Source: Deltaproteobacteria bacterium
Lineage (GTDB): Bacteria > Bdellovibrionota_B > Oligoflexia > Oligoflexales > Bog-1112
Direction: 5' to 3'
Assembly (NCBI GenBank): GCA_947475005.1
Contig: CANJLI010000001.1
Span: forward strand, 130,819-194,818
DNA: 64,000 nt
The notes below the pieces were generated by a model. That model did no database searches. It was not told the DNA's origin and was given only the letters and a program-made list of their open reading frames with translations. The position numbers and the translations under genes were made by a program. Of this stretch, positions 8,621-18,507 are shown in pieces; the first letter of the stretch is position 1, and each line of letters begins with the position of its first letter.

Positions 8621-9070
8621 TTATTTTAAATAAGCAGAAAATTCACAAGTGGCTACGACCTGGGCGTCCACAGTTGCAACACCTTTAAACCAAAAAAAAG
8701 GCTCTCTCTTTTTCACGAGTGTGACTTCATATTGCAACACATCCCCAATCTCGACTTTTCTCTTAAATCGAGTATGAGTCACCTCTGTCAACAATGTTTC
8801 TCGTTGATTGTCTTCATTGCTAAAGCTGCCCAAGATCCCAGAGGCTTGCGCCAAACCTTCAATAATTAAGACACCTGGAAAAACAGGGTAATTAGGAAAA
8901 TGCCCCTGTAGAATCAGATCAGAGGCCGATATATTTTTGATCGCAACAATCGACACCCCTTTTTCAATCGAGAGAACCCGATCTACAAATAAAAACGGGT
9001 AGCGATGGGGAATGTATTTTTGAATCTCGTGGATATCCATGATATGCATATCGCTACCCTTCCAGTGCAA
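8621..9070 (-). CDS. fabZ: 3-hydroxyacyl-ACP dehydratase
   Basis: IPHRYPFLFVDRV and LQGHFP..PVFPGVLIIEGLAQ motifs. The true start may be an internal Met (MHIMDI...). Confidence 0.9.
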   Translation of the reverse strand: MHWKGSDMHIMDIHEIQKYIPHRYPFLFVDRVLSIEKGVSIVAIKNISASDLILQGHFPNYPVFPGVLIIEGLAQASGILGSFSNEDNQRETLLTEVTHTRFKRKVEIGDVLQYEVTLVKKREPFFWFKGVATVDAQVVATCEFSAYLK

Positions 9071-9073
9071 GTA

Positions 9074-9721
9074 TTATTTTTTACCAGGTGCAGAGGCTGC
9101 CCTAGGAGCTTCTAAATCTTGGGGCTTGTATACCTGGATCACTTTTTCTGTGATATCAATCGGATCTCTTGCAGAAATCAACCCAGAGCTTCCAGCTTCA
9201 AAAATCAAATCAAAATCTTCTTTTTTCAAAATTTCATTTGAAATTTTACTTGCTGTAATGGCAATTTTTTGAGTTGCCTGCATTTCTTCACTTTTGATTT
9301 GCTGCTTGAATTGATCTTCTGCGCGCATACTCTCATATCTTTTCTGGTCAAATTCTTTGGCTTTTTTGACACGAGCCTCATACTTCTTTTGCTCAAACTC
9401 TTTGTTTTTTTTCATCCGAGCTTCTTCGCTCAACAGGGAAGCGGGGTTGGATAACTCCTTGCCCATTTTCTTTAGCTCATCCGTAAAGAGAGTATCGGGA
9501 TTTTGTAGTTCTTCCTCCATTTTCTTTAATACTTCATGCTGCTTTTTAAACTCGACTTCCTTTTCAGTGACCTTTTTTTCTAGTTTTTGACGAGCCTGCT
9601 TGCCCTCTTCCACGGACAGAATAATCCGCTGTACATCCAAGACACCCACCTTTATGCGAGCGTATGTGACGTGCGAAAACAAAAACAAAAGACTAGCTAG
9701 TATTCCATTTACTTTTTTCAT
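9074..9721 (-). CDS. skp: OmpH/Skp-like periplasmic chaperone
   Basis: 215 aa. Signal peptide, then a long K/E/Q-rich coiled region. Located immediately downstream of bamA, the canonical position. Confidence 0.7.
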   Translation of the reverse strand: MKKVNGILASLLFLFSHVTYARIKVGVLDVQRIILSVEEGKQARQKLEKKVTEKEVEFKKQHEVLKKMEEELQNPDTLFTDELKKMGKELSNPASLLSEEARMKKNKEFEQKKYEARVKKAKEFDQKRYESMRAEDQFKQQIKSEEMQATQKIAITASKISNEILKKEDFDLIFEAGSSGLISARDPIDITEKVIQVYKPQDLEAPRAASAPGKK

Positions 9722-9756
9722 TTTTCTTCCTTTTCTTCCTACCGGAAATATACGGA

Positions 9757-12126
9757 TTAATATCCGATGTTAAATATAAACTGCAAATCCCCAAGAGTTT
9801 TGGTTTCTCTATTATACGGGAAAGCCCACTCAAAGCGAAAGGGTGCAATTGGCGTTACCCAACGAAACCCAAATCCCACATCGAAATCAAATTTAGCAAG
9901 AGAAGGGTTCTCCCCCTCTTCATATACCCGGCCTGCATCGCTGAAAACCACAGCTTTGATACCCGCCTGTGGAATCAAGGGGACGAAGTACTCCAGCTGG
10001 AAATATAGCTCACGATCCCCCCCTGCATTGTAATTATAGGAGGAAGAAAGAGGACCCCTTTGCTTCTTTTCTGAAGGCCCAATGGCACCAAACCCAAACC
10101 CACGCAAATTGTTAAATCCACCCAACCGATATCTCTCTGTAATCGGAATCGCAGTACGTCCCATTTTATGCAACTGGCCAAAAAAGCCATGCAATTTGAA
10201 GTTGGTGCGGAATGTCTCCGAATAATCCACAGGAAGGTAATATTCCCCATCCAGAGATGTTTCCATAAATTGGAAGTCCCCTCCAAGCGTACCCCCTGTA
10301 AAATTATGCCGAAGCTGCACGACATTACCTTCCGTAGGGTCAATATAATTATCTAAATTTTTACGAAACAGCCCGAGAATCAAACTATTTTTAATCCCAA
10401 CCGATCGAAATCCATCAAAAAGGAGAACTTCTTCCTTGTCTTTAATAATAGAGTGACGACCGGTTACCTGGGCTCGAATCAACTCTACAACCTTTCTCCC
10501 TACTGTAACAGATATGGCTTGCTGCGTTTGCGGCACCTCCACCCCTGCGATATAGGAATAGACCCGATCTTGAATGGAATATTCGTAATTGAACCCCAAA
10601 GACCAATCCCCATCATTTAACTTGGGGTTATAAAACCCAGCATCCACTTGATAGTTATCGATACTGGCCCATCGTCCCATTAAACTGGTGGCCCATCCAC
10701 GACCCGATTGGTTTTTGTCCTCATAGCGCCCTTGCCCAAACCAGGAGGCCTTCGTTTCTCCCCCGGGGGAAAAACCCAGTGCCATCTGCATTTGGCCCGT
10801 TGATTTTTCTTTTACTTTTACCTTGAGATGGACCAAATCCTCAATGCCAGCATCTCGCTCTTTTATTACCTGGACTTCCTCAAAGAAGCCGAGTCGATTG
10901 ATATTTTTCTTCGAATCAGACATCTTAGTACCACTGTAAAGTTCACTATCATGCACTTCCAATTCGCGACGAATCACGTTATCGCGTGTTTTGGTATTAC
11001 CAACAATATTCATCTTTCCAAAGTAAATCTTACGGCCTTTGGTGATTTGATACTGCAAGGCTACGGTGGCATTGTCATGATCAAACTCGGTAATGGGATT
11101 CACATCGACATAGGCGTAGCCCAAATCTCCATACTTATCGACCAACATCTCCACGTCTTTGCTGAATTGACCGTAGCGAAATAGTTTCTTTGGCGCCAAA
11201 TTCATTAAATCGAGTAATTCTTTTTCTGTATATAAGTCCGGTTTGTCCACGTCCCCTGAAATTTGAATTGATTTTACAAAATACTGAATTCCCTCTTCAA
11301 CCTGATGAGTAACACGTGCATATCGTCGGTCTTGATCCATCTCCACAATGGGTTTTCCTACCTTTACATCCGCAAACCCATTGTCTTTATAATAGTAGGT
11401 CAAAAACTCAGCATCTCTTGAGATGTTTTCTGCCTTATACAAAGAAGACGAACCAAATGCAGATGTTCGCGTATATGGAGTTGCCGCAAATTTGCTGATC
11501 AACTCTTCATTGGAGAAAAAATGGGTGCCCACAAGAAAAACATCCCCAATTAAAATCTTTCCGTGCTCAAAAATACGATAAGTTAAACCAACCTCCGATT
11601 CTCCCTTTGCCTGCAATTCGTAAGTTGCATCGACAAGATAGAACCCTTTTTCAAAGTACTTCTTTTCGATCATGCGCAAATCATTGGCAATACCACCCTC
11701 ATCCACAATGGTATATAGCTTGGTCTCTAGTTGCTTTCGGATATCCTCCTCAGAAATTTCATGCAGGCCTTCAAAAGTAATTTCCGTGATCGAAGGCTTC
11801 TCTTTTACCTCAATCTCCAAAGCGATTCCTTGACCTTGGTCTCTTTCATACACGTCGACACGAGAAAAATATCCCAAGGCATAAATTTCTCGAATATCTG
11901 TCTGGATCTTGGCCCGATCCAGCACCTCTCCATTTTTGAGGGTAAAAGCAGCAGAAATCGCATCCGATTCCGCCTTTCGATTGCCAATTACAGAAATGGA
12001 CTCGATGATCTTTTCAGGCTCCTTGGCATGGAGTGGAAAGAAAACTGCGAGACCCATATAAAGAGATGCAAAGAAGGAAAAGCAACGCAGTTGTAAACCA
12101 AAAGGTAAGCGGTATATATTTTTCAA
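9757..12126 (-). CDS. bamA: Outer membrane protein assembly factor BamA
   Basis: 789 aa. Signal peptide, POTRA-like N-terminal repeats, C-terminal beta-barrel ending in an aromatic residue (FIFNIGY). bamA-skp synteny. Confidence 0.9.
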   Translation of the reverse strand: MKNIYRLPFGLQLRCFSFFASLYMGLAVFFPLHAKEPEKIIESISVIGNRKAESDAISAAFTLKNGEVLDRAKIQTDIREIYALGYFSRVDVYERDQGQGIALEIEVKEKPSITEITFEGLHEISEEDIRKQLETKLYTIVDEGGIANDLRMIEKKYFEKGFYLVDATYELQAKGESEVGLTYRIFEHGKILIGDVFLVGTHFFSNEELISKFAATPYTRTSAFGSSSLYKAENISRDAEFLTYYYKDNGFADVKVGKPIVEMDQDRRYARVTHQVEEGIQYFVKSIQISGDVDKPDLYTEKELLDLMNLAPKKLFRYGQFSKDVEMLVDKYGDLGYAYVDVNPITEFDHDNATVALQYQITKGRKIYFGKMNIVGNTKTRDNVIRRELEVHDSELYSGTKMSDSKKNINRLGFFEEVQVIKERDAGIEDLVHLKVKVKEKSTGQMQMALGFSPGGETKASWFGQGRYEDKNQSGRGWATSLMGRWASIDNYQVDAGFYNPKLNDGDWSLGFNYEYSIQDRVYSYIAGVEVPQTQQAISVTVGRKVVELIRAQVTGRHSIIKDKEEVLLFDGFRSVGIKNSLILGLFRKNLDNYIDPTEGNVVQLRHNFTGGTLGGDFQFMETSLDGEYYLPVDYSETFRTNFKLHGFFGQLHKMGRTAIPITERYRLGGFNNLRGFGFGAIGPSEKKQRGPLSSSYNYNAGGDRELYFQLEYFVPLIPQAGIKAVVFSDAGRVYEEGENPSLAKFDFDVGFGFRWVTPIAPFRFEWAFPYNRETKTLGDLQFIFNIGY

Positions 12127-12827
12127 AAGATGCCTCGATCTATAACCTGTCCATCATCCATCGTAATCCGATGTGGCAACCGGTTTGCCAACTCCAAATC
12201 ATGCGTCACAAGCAACATGGTCATCTTCAGATCTCTGCAAAGATTCAATAATAAATCTTGAATGTCTCGACTGGTTTTGTTGTCCAAGTTACCGGTAGGC
12301 TCATCTGCTAACAAAATAGGGGGTGACATCAAAAGAGCTCGAGCGATAGCAACCCGTTGCTGCTCTCCCCCCGACAGCTCCCCCGGACGATGTTCGGCTC
12401 GATGAGAAAGCCCCACAGCCTGCAACATTTCAACTGCCCGCTCACGGGCAATCATCGGTGAAAAGCCGGCGATGAGGCCTGGCATCATGACGTTTTCAAT
12501 CGCAGAAAATTCCGGCAAAAGATTGTTCATCTGAAAGATAAAACCAACCGTACTGTTGCGAAAATTGGAGGCAACCTGATCCTCCATATTAGATAGATCC
12601 AGACCATTGAACCGAATGGTACCTGTAGACACACGGTCTAAAGCCCCCACAATGTGCAAAAGCGTACTTTTTCCAGCTCCGGACTTACCCACAATGGCAG
12701 CCACTGAACCCAAAGGAATCGACAGGCTGACATCTCTCAATGCAGAGACAGACTGAGATTCAATAGAATATACTTTACTTACATGCACAAGCTCAATCCC
12801 ACTTGGGATTGTTGTTTCATTTTTCAC
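12123..12827 (-). CDS. lolD: Lipoprotein-releasing system ATP-binding protein
   Basis: Walker [12 protein letters not shown], signature [15 protein letters not shown], Walker [12 protein letters not shown]. Start placed at GTG 12825-12827, giving a GTGA overlap with the lolE stop. The longer ORF in the track overlaps lolE. Confidence 0.8.
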   Translation of the reverse strand: MKNETTIPSGIELVHVSKVYSIESQSVSALRDVSLSIPLGSVAAIVGKSGAGKSTLLHIVGALDRVSTGTIRFNGLDLSNMEDQVASNFRNSTVGFIFQMNNLLPEFSAIENVMMPGLIAGFSPMIARERAVEMLQAVGLSHRAEHRPGELSGGEQQRVAIARALLMSPPILLADEPTGNLDNKTSRDIQDLLLNLCRDLKMTMLLVTHDLELANRLPHRITMDDGQVIDRGIF

Positions 12828-14095
12828 ACGTACCTCAAACCAATACCTGGATCCTGCTGAGCTGCCACACGAGCTGGATAAGCAGCTGCCAGCAAACTCA
12901 ATCCCCACGCACACAAACTAATCACTCCGTATTCCACCGGAAGAAACTTCACAGGCAGCTTACGTTGTAAAAAGACACCCACGGGTAAATCAATAAATTG
13001 AAAATAGTAAAGGAGTGTACACAAACCAACCCCCACAACAAGCCCGATTAAAACCCCCACCATTCCAATGGAAAATCCCTGCAACAAAAACAATCGCAAA
13101 ATGTTTTTCTGAGAAAAACCGAGAGAACGGAGTAGAGCGATTTGGTGCCGCTTGTGGTACACCGTCATCATCATTGTGGCACTGATAGAGAAAGCCGCCA
13201 CCAGTACAATCAATAATAAAATGCAGCCCATCGTATACTTCTCTAATTTCAAAGCAAATAAAATTGAGCGATTCACAGTCTGCCACGTTGATATTGTCAA
13301 AGGCGTGCTCGCATGCAAGCGAGCCTCATACCGATCGACCTCCTCCGGATTGGGCAGATTAATGGCAACGCCTGTAACATAGTGCTTTTCATCCAAAGAG
13401 ACATCGTAGTCTGGCATAAACTTACGCCCCGCCTCTAGATTCACCACTCCATATCGTGCGTCATAATTGGATAAATCGCTGGTAAAAATCCCTACCACTT
13501 GAAATTCTAAGGAGAGAGTACCACCAGCCAAGGCGCTCGTCACACGGGTTTGCGGGTTTAAAATCCGAACAGTCTCCCCCACGCTTACGCCCAATTGAAT
13601 GGCCAAGCTCTCCCCCAATAAAATACCGGCAACATCCCCTGTTTTCATCAACAATTCTCGAACAGATCCCGACTGCATGGCAGTAGAAAACCCCCACAAA
13701 GCGCCGCCGCGCTCAGGATCCACTCCAAAAAGAACCATCGATGCAAGATTTTTTCCGTTCTTTACGACAACATCAGCCTTGGTAAAAGGCTCAATCCCTG
13801 CCGCATCCGGCACGATTTTCTCAAAGGCAGATAAGGGGTGCTCATCCAAACTAAATCCGACGGCCGCATTCTCCGCCAAGAGCTCGATATGCGGCAACCC
13901 TCTAAACATTTTGTCTTTTAAATCAGCGGCAAAACCGCCCATGACAGACAAGACGACGACCAACGCCGCAACCCCAATGGCAACTCCCAAGATGGAGATC
14001 CAGGTCATGACAGAAAGACTTCTTCCTTTTTTTGCTACAACTTGGCGCCACGCCAGCCACCAAAGAAACCGCTGGGTCCCATTACGATGCATCAC
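12824..14095 (-). CDS. lolE: Lipoprotein-releasing system permease (LolC/LolE, FtsX-type)
   Basis: 423 aa. MacB/FtsX topology: TM1, large periplasmic domain, 3 C-terminal TMs. Immediately upstream of lolD. Confidence 0.8.
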   Translation of the reverse strand: MMHRNGTQRFLWWLAWRQVVAKKGRSLSVMTWISILGVAIGVAALVVVLSVMGGFAADLKDKMFRGLPHIELLAENAAVGFSLDEHPLSAFEKIVPDAAGIEPFTKADVVVKNGKNLASMVLFGVDPERGGALWGFSTAMQSGSVRELLMKTGDVAGILLGESLAIQLGVSVGETVRILNPQTRVTSALAGGTLSLEFQVVGIFTSDLSNYDARYGVVNLEAGRKFMPDYDVSLDEKHYVTGVAINLPNPEEVDRYEARLHASTPLTISTWQTVNRSILFALKLEKYTMGCILLLIVLVAAFSISATMMMTVYHKRHQIALLRSLGFSQKNILRLFLLQGFSIGMVGVLIGLVVGVGLCTLLYYFQFIDLPVGVFLQRKLPVKFLPVEYGVISLCAWGLSLLAAAYPARVAAQQDPGIGLRYV

Positions 14096-14210
14096 GACTC
14101 CGACGGGGAGATAAGAAGATATGAAAAGCTATGGTAGCCTACTTCAAACCAAAAGTCTTGAGGCTATCTGCACGAAAAGGAGGAACGGGGGAATTTTTGA
14201 ATTTTTCGAT

Positions 14211-15350
14211 CTATTTCAAGGCAACTACTGCCTTTTCTACAATATCCGCCACGTGTTCAGCGTGAGTTTCCGTACTAAATTCCCCAAAACTCACACGGAG
14301 GGAATGAGCTGCAGCCCACGCCTCTACGCCCATTGCAAGCAAAGTGAGGTTAGGAGTTGGCACCCCAGAAGCGCAAGCACTTCCCGCAGAAACACAAATG
14401 CCCGCCTCCTCGAAGGCCGCCAGCAACCGTTCCCGCGGAACCCCACCTACACTAAAAAATGTCACTGTACCGACGGTTCCTGCCACAGGAACATGGAGTA
14501 AAACCTGAGGGAGTTTCCGAAGGCGTTGCTGAAGTTTTTGGTTGGCCTGCTTGGCAGTATCTAACCAGTCCGGATTTTCCTGTACATAGCGAGCACGCAA
14601 ACCAAAAGAGACAATCCCTGCAACATTTTGCGTACCGCTTCGAAGTTTACGCTCTTGCCCCCCGCCCAAGAAAAGAGGCCGTAGAATCCGCCCCTCCTTT
14701 TTAAACAAGCAGCCAATACCCTGCAAGCCCCCAACTTTATGTGCAGAAAAAGAGGCCGAATCCACGGCACTTTTCCCAAGCCCCCGCAGATCCATCTTTC
14801 CAAAAGACTGCACGGCATCCAAGTGAAACCAAAGAGCCGGATTTCGTTTCTTTGCTTCTACTGCAATGGCTTCCCCTTCATTGATCACGCCCGTTTCATT
14901 GTGCGCATGGATCAAAGACACCGCAAAACAATCCTCATCCACCTGTGCCAACAAAGCCTCTGTATCTACCTTTCCATTGGGCAACAGCCCGATGGTCACC
15001 GCCTTGCACAGACCCTGTTGTTGCAAGGCAGCTGCCGTCATGCGCACAGAAGAATGCTCACCAGCAGAAATCAATAACTTCTGCTGAGGAGACTCCAAAG
15101 CCTTACTAGCTAAAGCTTGTAGAATCCAATTGTTCGACTCAGTGGCACACGAGGTGAAATAAATTTCTTTCGCTTGGGCCCCCAAACATTCCGCAACCGC
15201 ACGCCGAGCTTGCTCCACCAACAATCGAGCGCGCCGCCCCAATGGGTGAATGCTAGAGGGATTGCCTTGGCTCGATGCCAGCAGCTCCATCACTTGCATC
15301 AAATGCTCTTTTGAGCACGGATGTGTCGCATTTGCATCTGCATAGATCAT
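14211..15350 (-). CDS. Cysteine desulfurase (class V aminotransferase, NifS/IscS-like)
   Basis: 379 aa. PLP-lysine context FSAHKVGGLQGIG and C-terminal active-site loop SAGSACASG. Confidence 0.85.
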   Translation of the reverse strand: MIYADANATHPCSKEHLMQVMELLASSQGNPSSIHPLGRRARLLVEQARRAVAECLGAQAKEIYFTSCATESNNWILQALASKALESPQQKLLISAGEHSSVRMTAAALQQQGLCKAVTIGLLPNGKVDTEALLAQVDEDCFAVSLIHAHNETGVINEGEAIAVEAKKRNPALWFHLDAVQSFGKMDLRGLGKSAVDSASFSAHKVGGLQGIGCLFKKEGRILRPLFLGGGQERKLRSGTQNVAGIVSFGLRARYVQENPDWLDTAKQANQKLQQRLRKLPQVLLHVPVAGTVGTVTFFSVGGVPRERLLAAFEEAGICVSAGSACASGVPTPNLTLLAMGVEAWAAAHSLRVSFGEFSTETHAEHVADIVEKAVVALK

Positions 15351-16633
15351 GTTTTGATCCGCATAAAAAGATCCCCTAATGTTCGTCGTCTGGCTGCCTT
15401 TAACTGGGCTCGCTTGTAGCGAAAATGAGAGGCCTCCCCCTCCACCAACTGCATAGCAGATTCCTTGTCCATCACTTGAATCTCATAGGGGAAAAAAGCG
15501 CTTTGTTCTTTTTCTCTCCCCACCAAATGCTCACGTCCATATTGTAAGATCCCCTGTAATACAGGCTTCAAATGGGAAGGGCAAGTTGCAAGTATGGTTG
15601 TCAGCCGGTCTAAAAATCGAGAAAAAGAGTCTACACGCTGCACTCGAAGCCGACCCGTCAACTGCAAGGAGCGATAGGAGTCCGAGGAATACGGGTTTTG
15701 CGTATTGTTTTTTAGCTCCACCCGTTCGACTTGGTCGATTCGTGTTTCAAAACTCTCTCGGTCAATCTTATCTTCTACCAACATTTGCTTCAAAACATCA
15801 CTATGAGAGTGGAACAGATCGACATCAATGAGGTTGTTTCGCACCCGAGCAGGATTTACACTCGCAAACGACACCAAATTGAAAGTACGCAGGTATTTCA
15901 GCACAATCATGACATCGCTCACCCGCTTTGTCACAATCCGAAGACCGGTAAGGTCATAGATGGTTTCCGCTACATTTGCTGGTTTGTGCAATAATTTTAG
16001 AATAATAGATTCTCTGGATTTTGCGCTTTTCCAGCGAAATCCTTCGATTTCCAAATACTCAGTCCGAGACCCCAAAAACAACCGATTGTTTTCATCCTTC
16101 CATAAATAAGGGTCGAATCTTGCATGCAATTTCTCGTGAGCCGATTGCAAAATTGACATCCGCTGCAACCCATCAATATGCACGATGGTATGCATCACCC
16201 GCAAAATGGCACAGGCCCAAATTTGGCAAAACTGTGTATGCGTATTTTCTTTTTTTCGATTCTTCGAGGCCCACACCAAGAGCTCCCTACCGTCTTGACA
16301 CAGCAAGATCTCTTTTGGAGGGCAAATGCCCTGCTTCCACTCTGTAGGCATTAAATATTTTTGAATGAAAAAAATGGCTTCGATTAAGATCGCATGGATC
16401 AAACGCTGGTCTTTTTGGTTTTGAGCATCAAACCCATAGGCAAGAATAAACTTCTCTGCATCCTCCAGCCCTTCCACGGATAGTTTTTTCATATCGATGG
16501 CAGAAGCTTTTCCGGTCAATACTTGAATAATGGGCCAGGGGAAGCTCCATTTTCGAAACAAAGCTATTTTTTCTTCTTGTGTAGAATTCATCGTATGTCC
16601 TTCCCGCGCATTCGCCGCATCATACCGATTCAT
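15347..16633 (-). CDS. Divergent RelA/SpoT-homologue (RSH) synthetase-fold protein with ~200-aa N-terminal extension
   Basis: 428 aa. KSRESIILKLLHK-x9-IYDLTGLRIVT, then YRSLQLT and PYEIQVMD...EGEASHFRYKR parallel the synthetase-domain motifs seen in the bona fide Rel of this window (HFYSIYKKM..IHDLFAFRIVV..YQSLHTT..VEIQIRT..AAHWSYKE). 4-nt overlap with the downstream desulfurase. Confidence 0.55.
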   Translation of the reverse strand: MNRYDAANAREGHTMNSTQEEKIALFRKWSFPWPIIQVLTGKASAIDMKKLSVEGLEDAEKFILAYGFDAQNQKDQRLIHAILIEAIFFIQKYLMPTEWKQGICPPKEILLCQDGRELLVWASKNRKKENTHTQFCQIWACAILRVMHTIVHIDGLQRMSILQSAHEKLHARFDPYLWKDENNRLFLGSRTEYLEIEGFRWKSAKSRESIILKLLHKPANVAETIYDLTGLRIVTKRVSDVMIVLKYLRTFNLVSFASVNPARVRNNLIDVDLFHSHSDVLKQMLVEDKIDRESFETRIDQVERVELKNNTQNPYSSDSYRSLQLTGRLRVQRVDSFSRFLDRLTTILATCPSHLKPVLQGILQYGREHLVGREKEQSAFFPYEIQVMDKESAMQLVEGEASHFRYKRAQLKAARRRTLGDLFMRIKT

Positions 16634-16727
16634 TTAGCAATTTCCATGCCTTATTTCTGGAACCTGTGGGGAAACCTCGCTGAAGGATTCCCGGAGCGAA
16701 GTTGAAAAACTTGTGGGGAAACCCGAT

Positions 16728-16766
16728 GCGAGTGTCACCTTTCCGGGCTCTCGTCGGGGACACTCG
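16728..16766. repeat. REP-like hairpin, GGGGACAC family (degenerate copy)
   Basis: cgagtgtcacc ... gggctctcgtcggggacactcg. It shares the string gggctctcgtcggggacactcg with the 29615-29637 locus. Preceded by the direct repeat tgtggggaaacc at 16665 and 16712. Confidence 0.6.
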
Positions 16767-16786
16767 AGCGCTTATGAGACAGCTTC

Positions 16787-17092
16787 TTACGGCATTTCTA
16801 GCGGGGGCAACGCACCCATATACTCCATCGACTCATTGATTTCGTCTTTCCAATTGGTCCGCCTTTGAACCAAAGAGGTGGATGCATCCACCTTGTTGCG
16901 AGTCACAATGGATTCCAATGGATCTCTTCTTTTTGCCCCTACATCTTCTGCGTCGAAATTCAGAGAGGTGGAGGAGGAAGACTTATTGGCTGGCTGAGCA
17001 GGAGCAGTTTTAGGTGGGACTGAGAAAGAAAACTCGGCATATCCAACTGCAATTATTATAAAAAATAGAGCTCGCACATCAAACTCCCACAA
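16787..17092 (-). CDS. Small secreted hypothetical protein
   Basis: 101-aa ORF with an N-terminal hydrophobic signal-like segment (ALFFIIIAVGYAEF). No recognisable domain. Confidence 0.4.
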   Translation of the reverse strand: MWEFDVRALFFIIIAVGYAEFSFSVPPKTAPAQPANKSSSSTSLNFDAEDVGAKRRDPLESIVTRNKVDASTSLVQRRTNWKDEINESMEYMGALPPLEMP

Positions 17093-17210
17093 TTAAGAGA
17101 ATAAACAACACACCTATATCCCCACTATACCATCGAAGAGCCTTCGTTGTCCTTCCCTATGCCCCATGATACAACGGTAGACCAAAGTCACCCTGCAGTA
17201 GAGAACCAAC

Positions 17211-17813
17211 ATGCTTGTGGTCGATGCCCTCTCTCATTCTTTTCAACGTCGCACCCTGTTCCAAGGATTGTCCTTCACCTTGAAACCAGGTCAGTTATTG
17301 CGAATTCAAGGAGCTAACGGCGTGGGCAAAACCACCCTCCTTCGCCTGTTGGCTGGCCTCCACCAACCAAAAAACGGCAATATCGCCATGCCAAACTCTT
17401 GGGAATATCTTCCTGCAGAGGGCAACTGCCTGTTTGGCACCTTAGATGCATGCGCCAACCTTCGATTTTGGAGCAAGCTCCGGGGAGTGACCCTTGAAGA
17501 AGCTGAAATCCGCCAAGCCTTGCTCAGCTGGAAAATACCGGCCGCTCTGCTTGACCTGCAATTTCCCGTGGGCAAGATGTCTACCGGCATGCGCCGACGC
17601 ATCGCGCTATGCCGATTGACCCTCTCCAAAACCCGCTATTGGCTCCTTGATGAGCCCACTTCTGGCCTCGATGCACAAGGGCAAGCGGCATTTTTAGCCC
17701 TCGTAGAAGACCACCTCGCCCATGGGGGTGCCGCCATTCTCGTTAGTCACGATGAGGCCCTCTCTTCGGCCCTGAATCCCACTCATTTGGACCTTGCCCA
17801 TTATGCTGCATAA
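17211..17813 (+). CDS. ccmA: Heme exporter ATP-binding protein CcmA
   Basis: 200 aa. Walker A GANGVGKTTLL, signature MSTGMRRRIAL, Walker B LLDEPTSGLD. First gene of the ccm cluster. Confidence 0.8.
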   Translation: MLVVDALSHSFQRRTLFQGLSFTLKPGQLLRIQGANGVGKTTLLRLLAGLHQPKNGNIAMPNSWEYLPAEGNCLFGTLDACANLRFWSKLRGVTLEEAEIRQALLSWKIPAALLDLQFPVGKMSTGMRRRIALCRLTLSKTRYWLLDEPTSGLDAQGQAAFLALVEDHLAHGGAAILVSHDEALSSALNPTHLDLAHYAA

Positions 17814-18495
17814 ACAGATTTGGATGTTGGTACGCCACGGATTGAAACTGGATTGGGCCTCCAAAGAGCGCCTGATCTCGCCGCTCTTGTTTTCCCTGGT
17901 GATGCTCACCGTCTTCACCTTCACAGCGGGGCAAATCCCTGCGCTTTATGCCAAACCTGTCTTCGTCTCTCAGACTTTTTTGGTGCTAGTCTTTGCCCTT
18001 CAAAATGCTTTTTCTCGTATCTTGGATCCCGAACAAAAGGACCAAGTAGCGGAGCTCATGCGCACCTACCCCCTCTCCATGGGAGCCTGGTATACGGCGA
18101 AATTTTTGCTGGCCGTCCTCCATGGGATCTGGATCTTGCTCCCGTCCCTCTTGGTGTCAGCCTTGTTCTACGGGGAATACGATGTAGGCTTCGCCTTCTA
18201 CTTGGGATTTTTTGGGATCTTGCTGCTCTGCCTCTTGGGCCTCGCCTCCGTGGGGACACTCGCCACTGCCATGACCCTGCAAGCCACAGGCAAAGACCTC
18301 GTACAACCCCTTCTCTACTTTACCCTCGCAATTCCTCTTCTCCTCGCAGGCAGCCAAGCCTCTTTGCAGCTCCTGCAGGGGCAAAATCTTGAAGATTTTC
18401 ACCACTGGATATATCTTCTCGTAGGTTTTGATACCATGTTCCTTACCGCTGGGGTGTTATTCTTCGGTATTGTGATGTCGGATTCTTCTTCATAG
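17803..18495 (+). CDS. ccmB: Heme exporter membrane protein CcmB
   Basis: About 230-aa polytopic membrane protein between ccmA and ccmC. ATG at 17803 overlaps the ccmA stop region. Confidence 0.75.
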   Translation: MLHKQIWMLVRHGLKLDWASKERLISPLLFSLVMLTVFTFTAGQIPALYAKPVFVSQTFLVLVFALQNAFSRILDPEQKDQVAELMRTYPLSMGAWYTAKFLLAVLHGIWILLPSLLVSALFYGEYDVGFAFYLGFFGILLLCLLGLASVGTLATAMTLQATGKDLVQPLLYFTLAIPLLLAGSQASLQLLQGQNLEDFHHWIYLLVGFDTMFLTAGVLFFGIVMSDSSS

Positions 18496-18507
18496 AAAGG
18501 CAACAGG

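Noticed and set aside
13599-14114. 171-aa plus-strand ORF
   Set aside because: It lies entirely antisense within lolE, a typical shadow ORF.
17820-18392. 190-aa alternative-frame ORF within ccmB (Arg/Pro/Gly-rich)
   Set aside because: It is an out-of-frame overlap with a well-supported membrane protein gene, with the composition typical of off-frame translation of GC-rich DNA.
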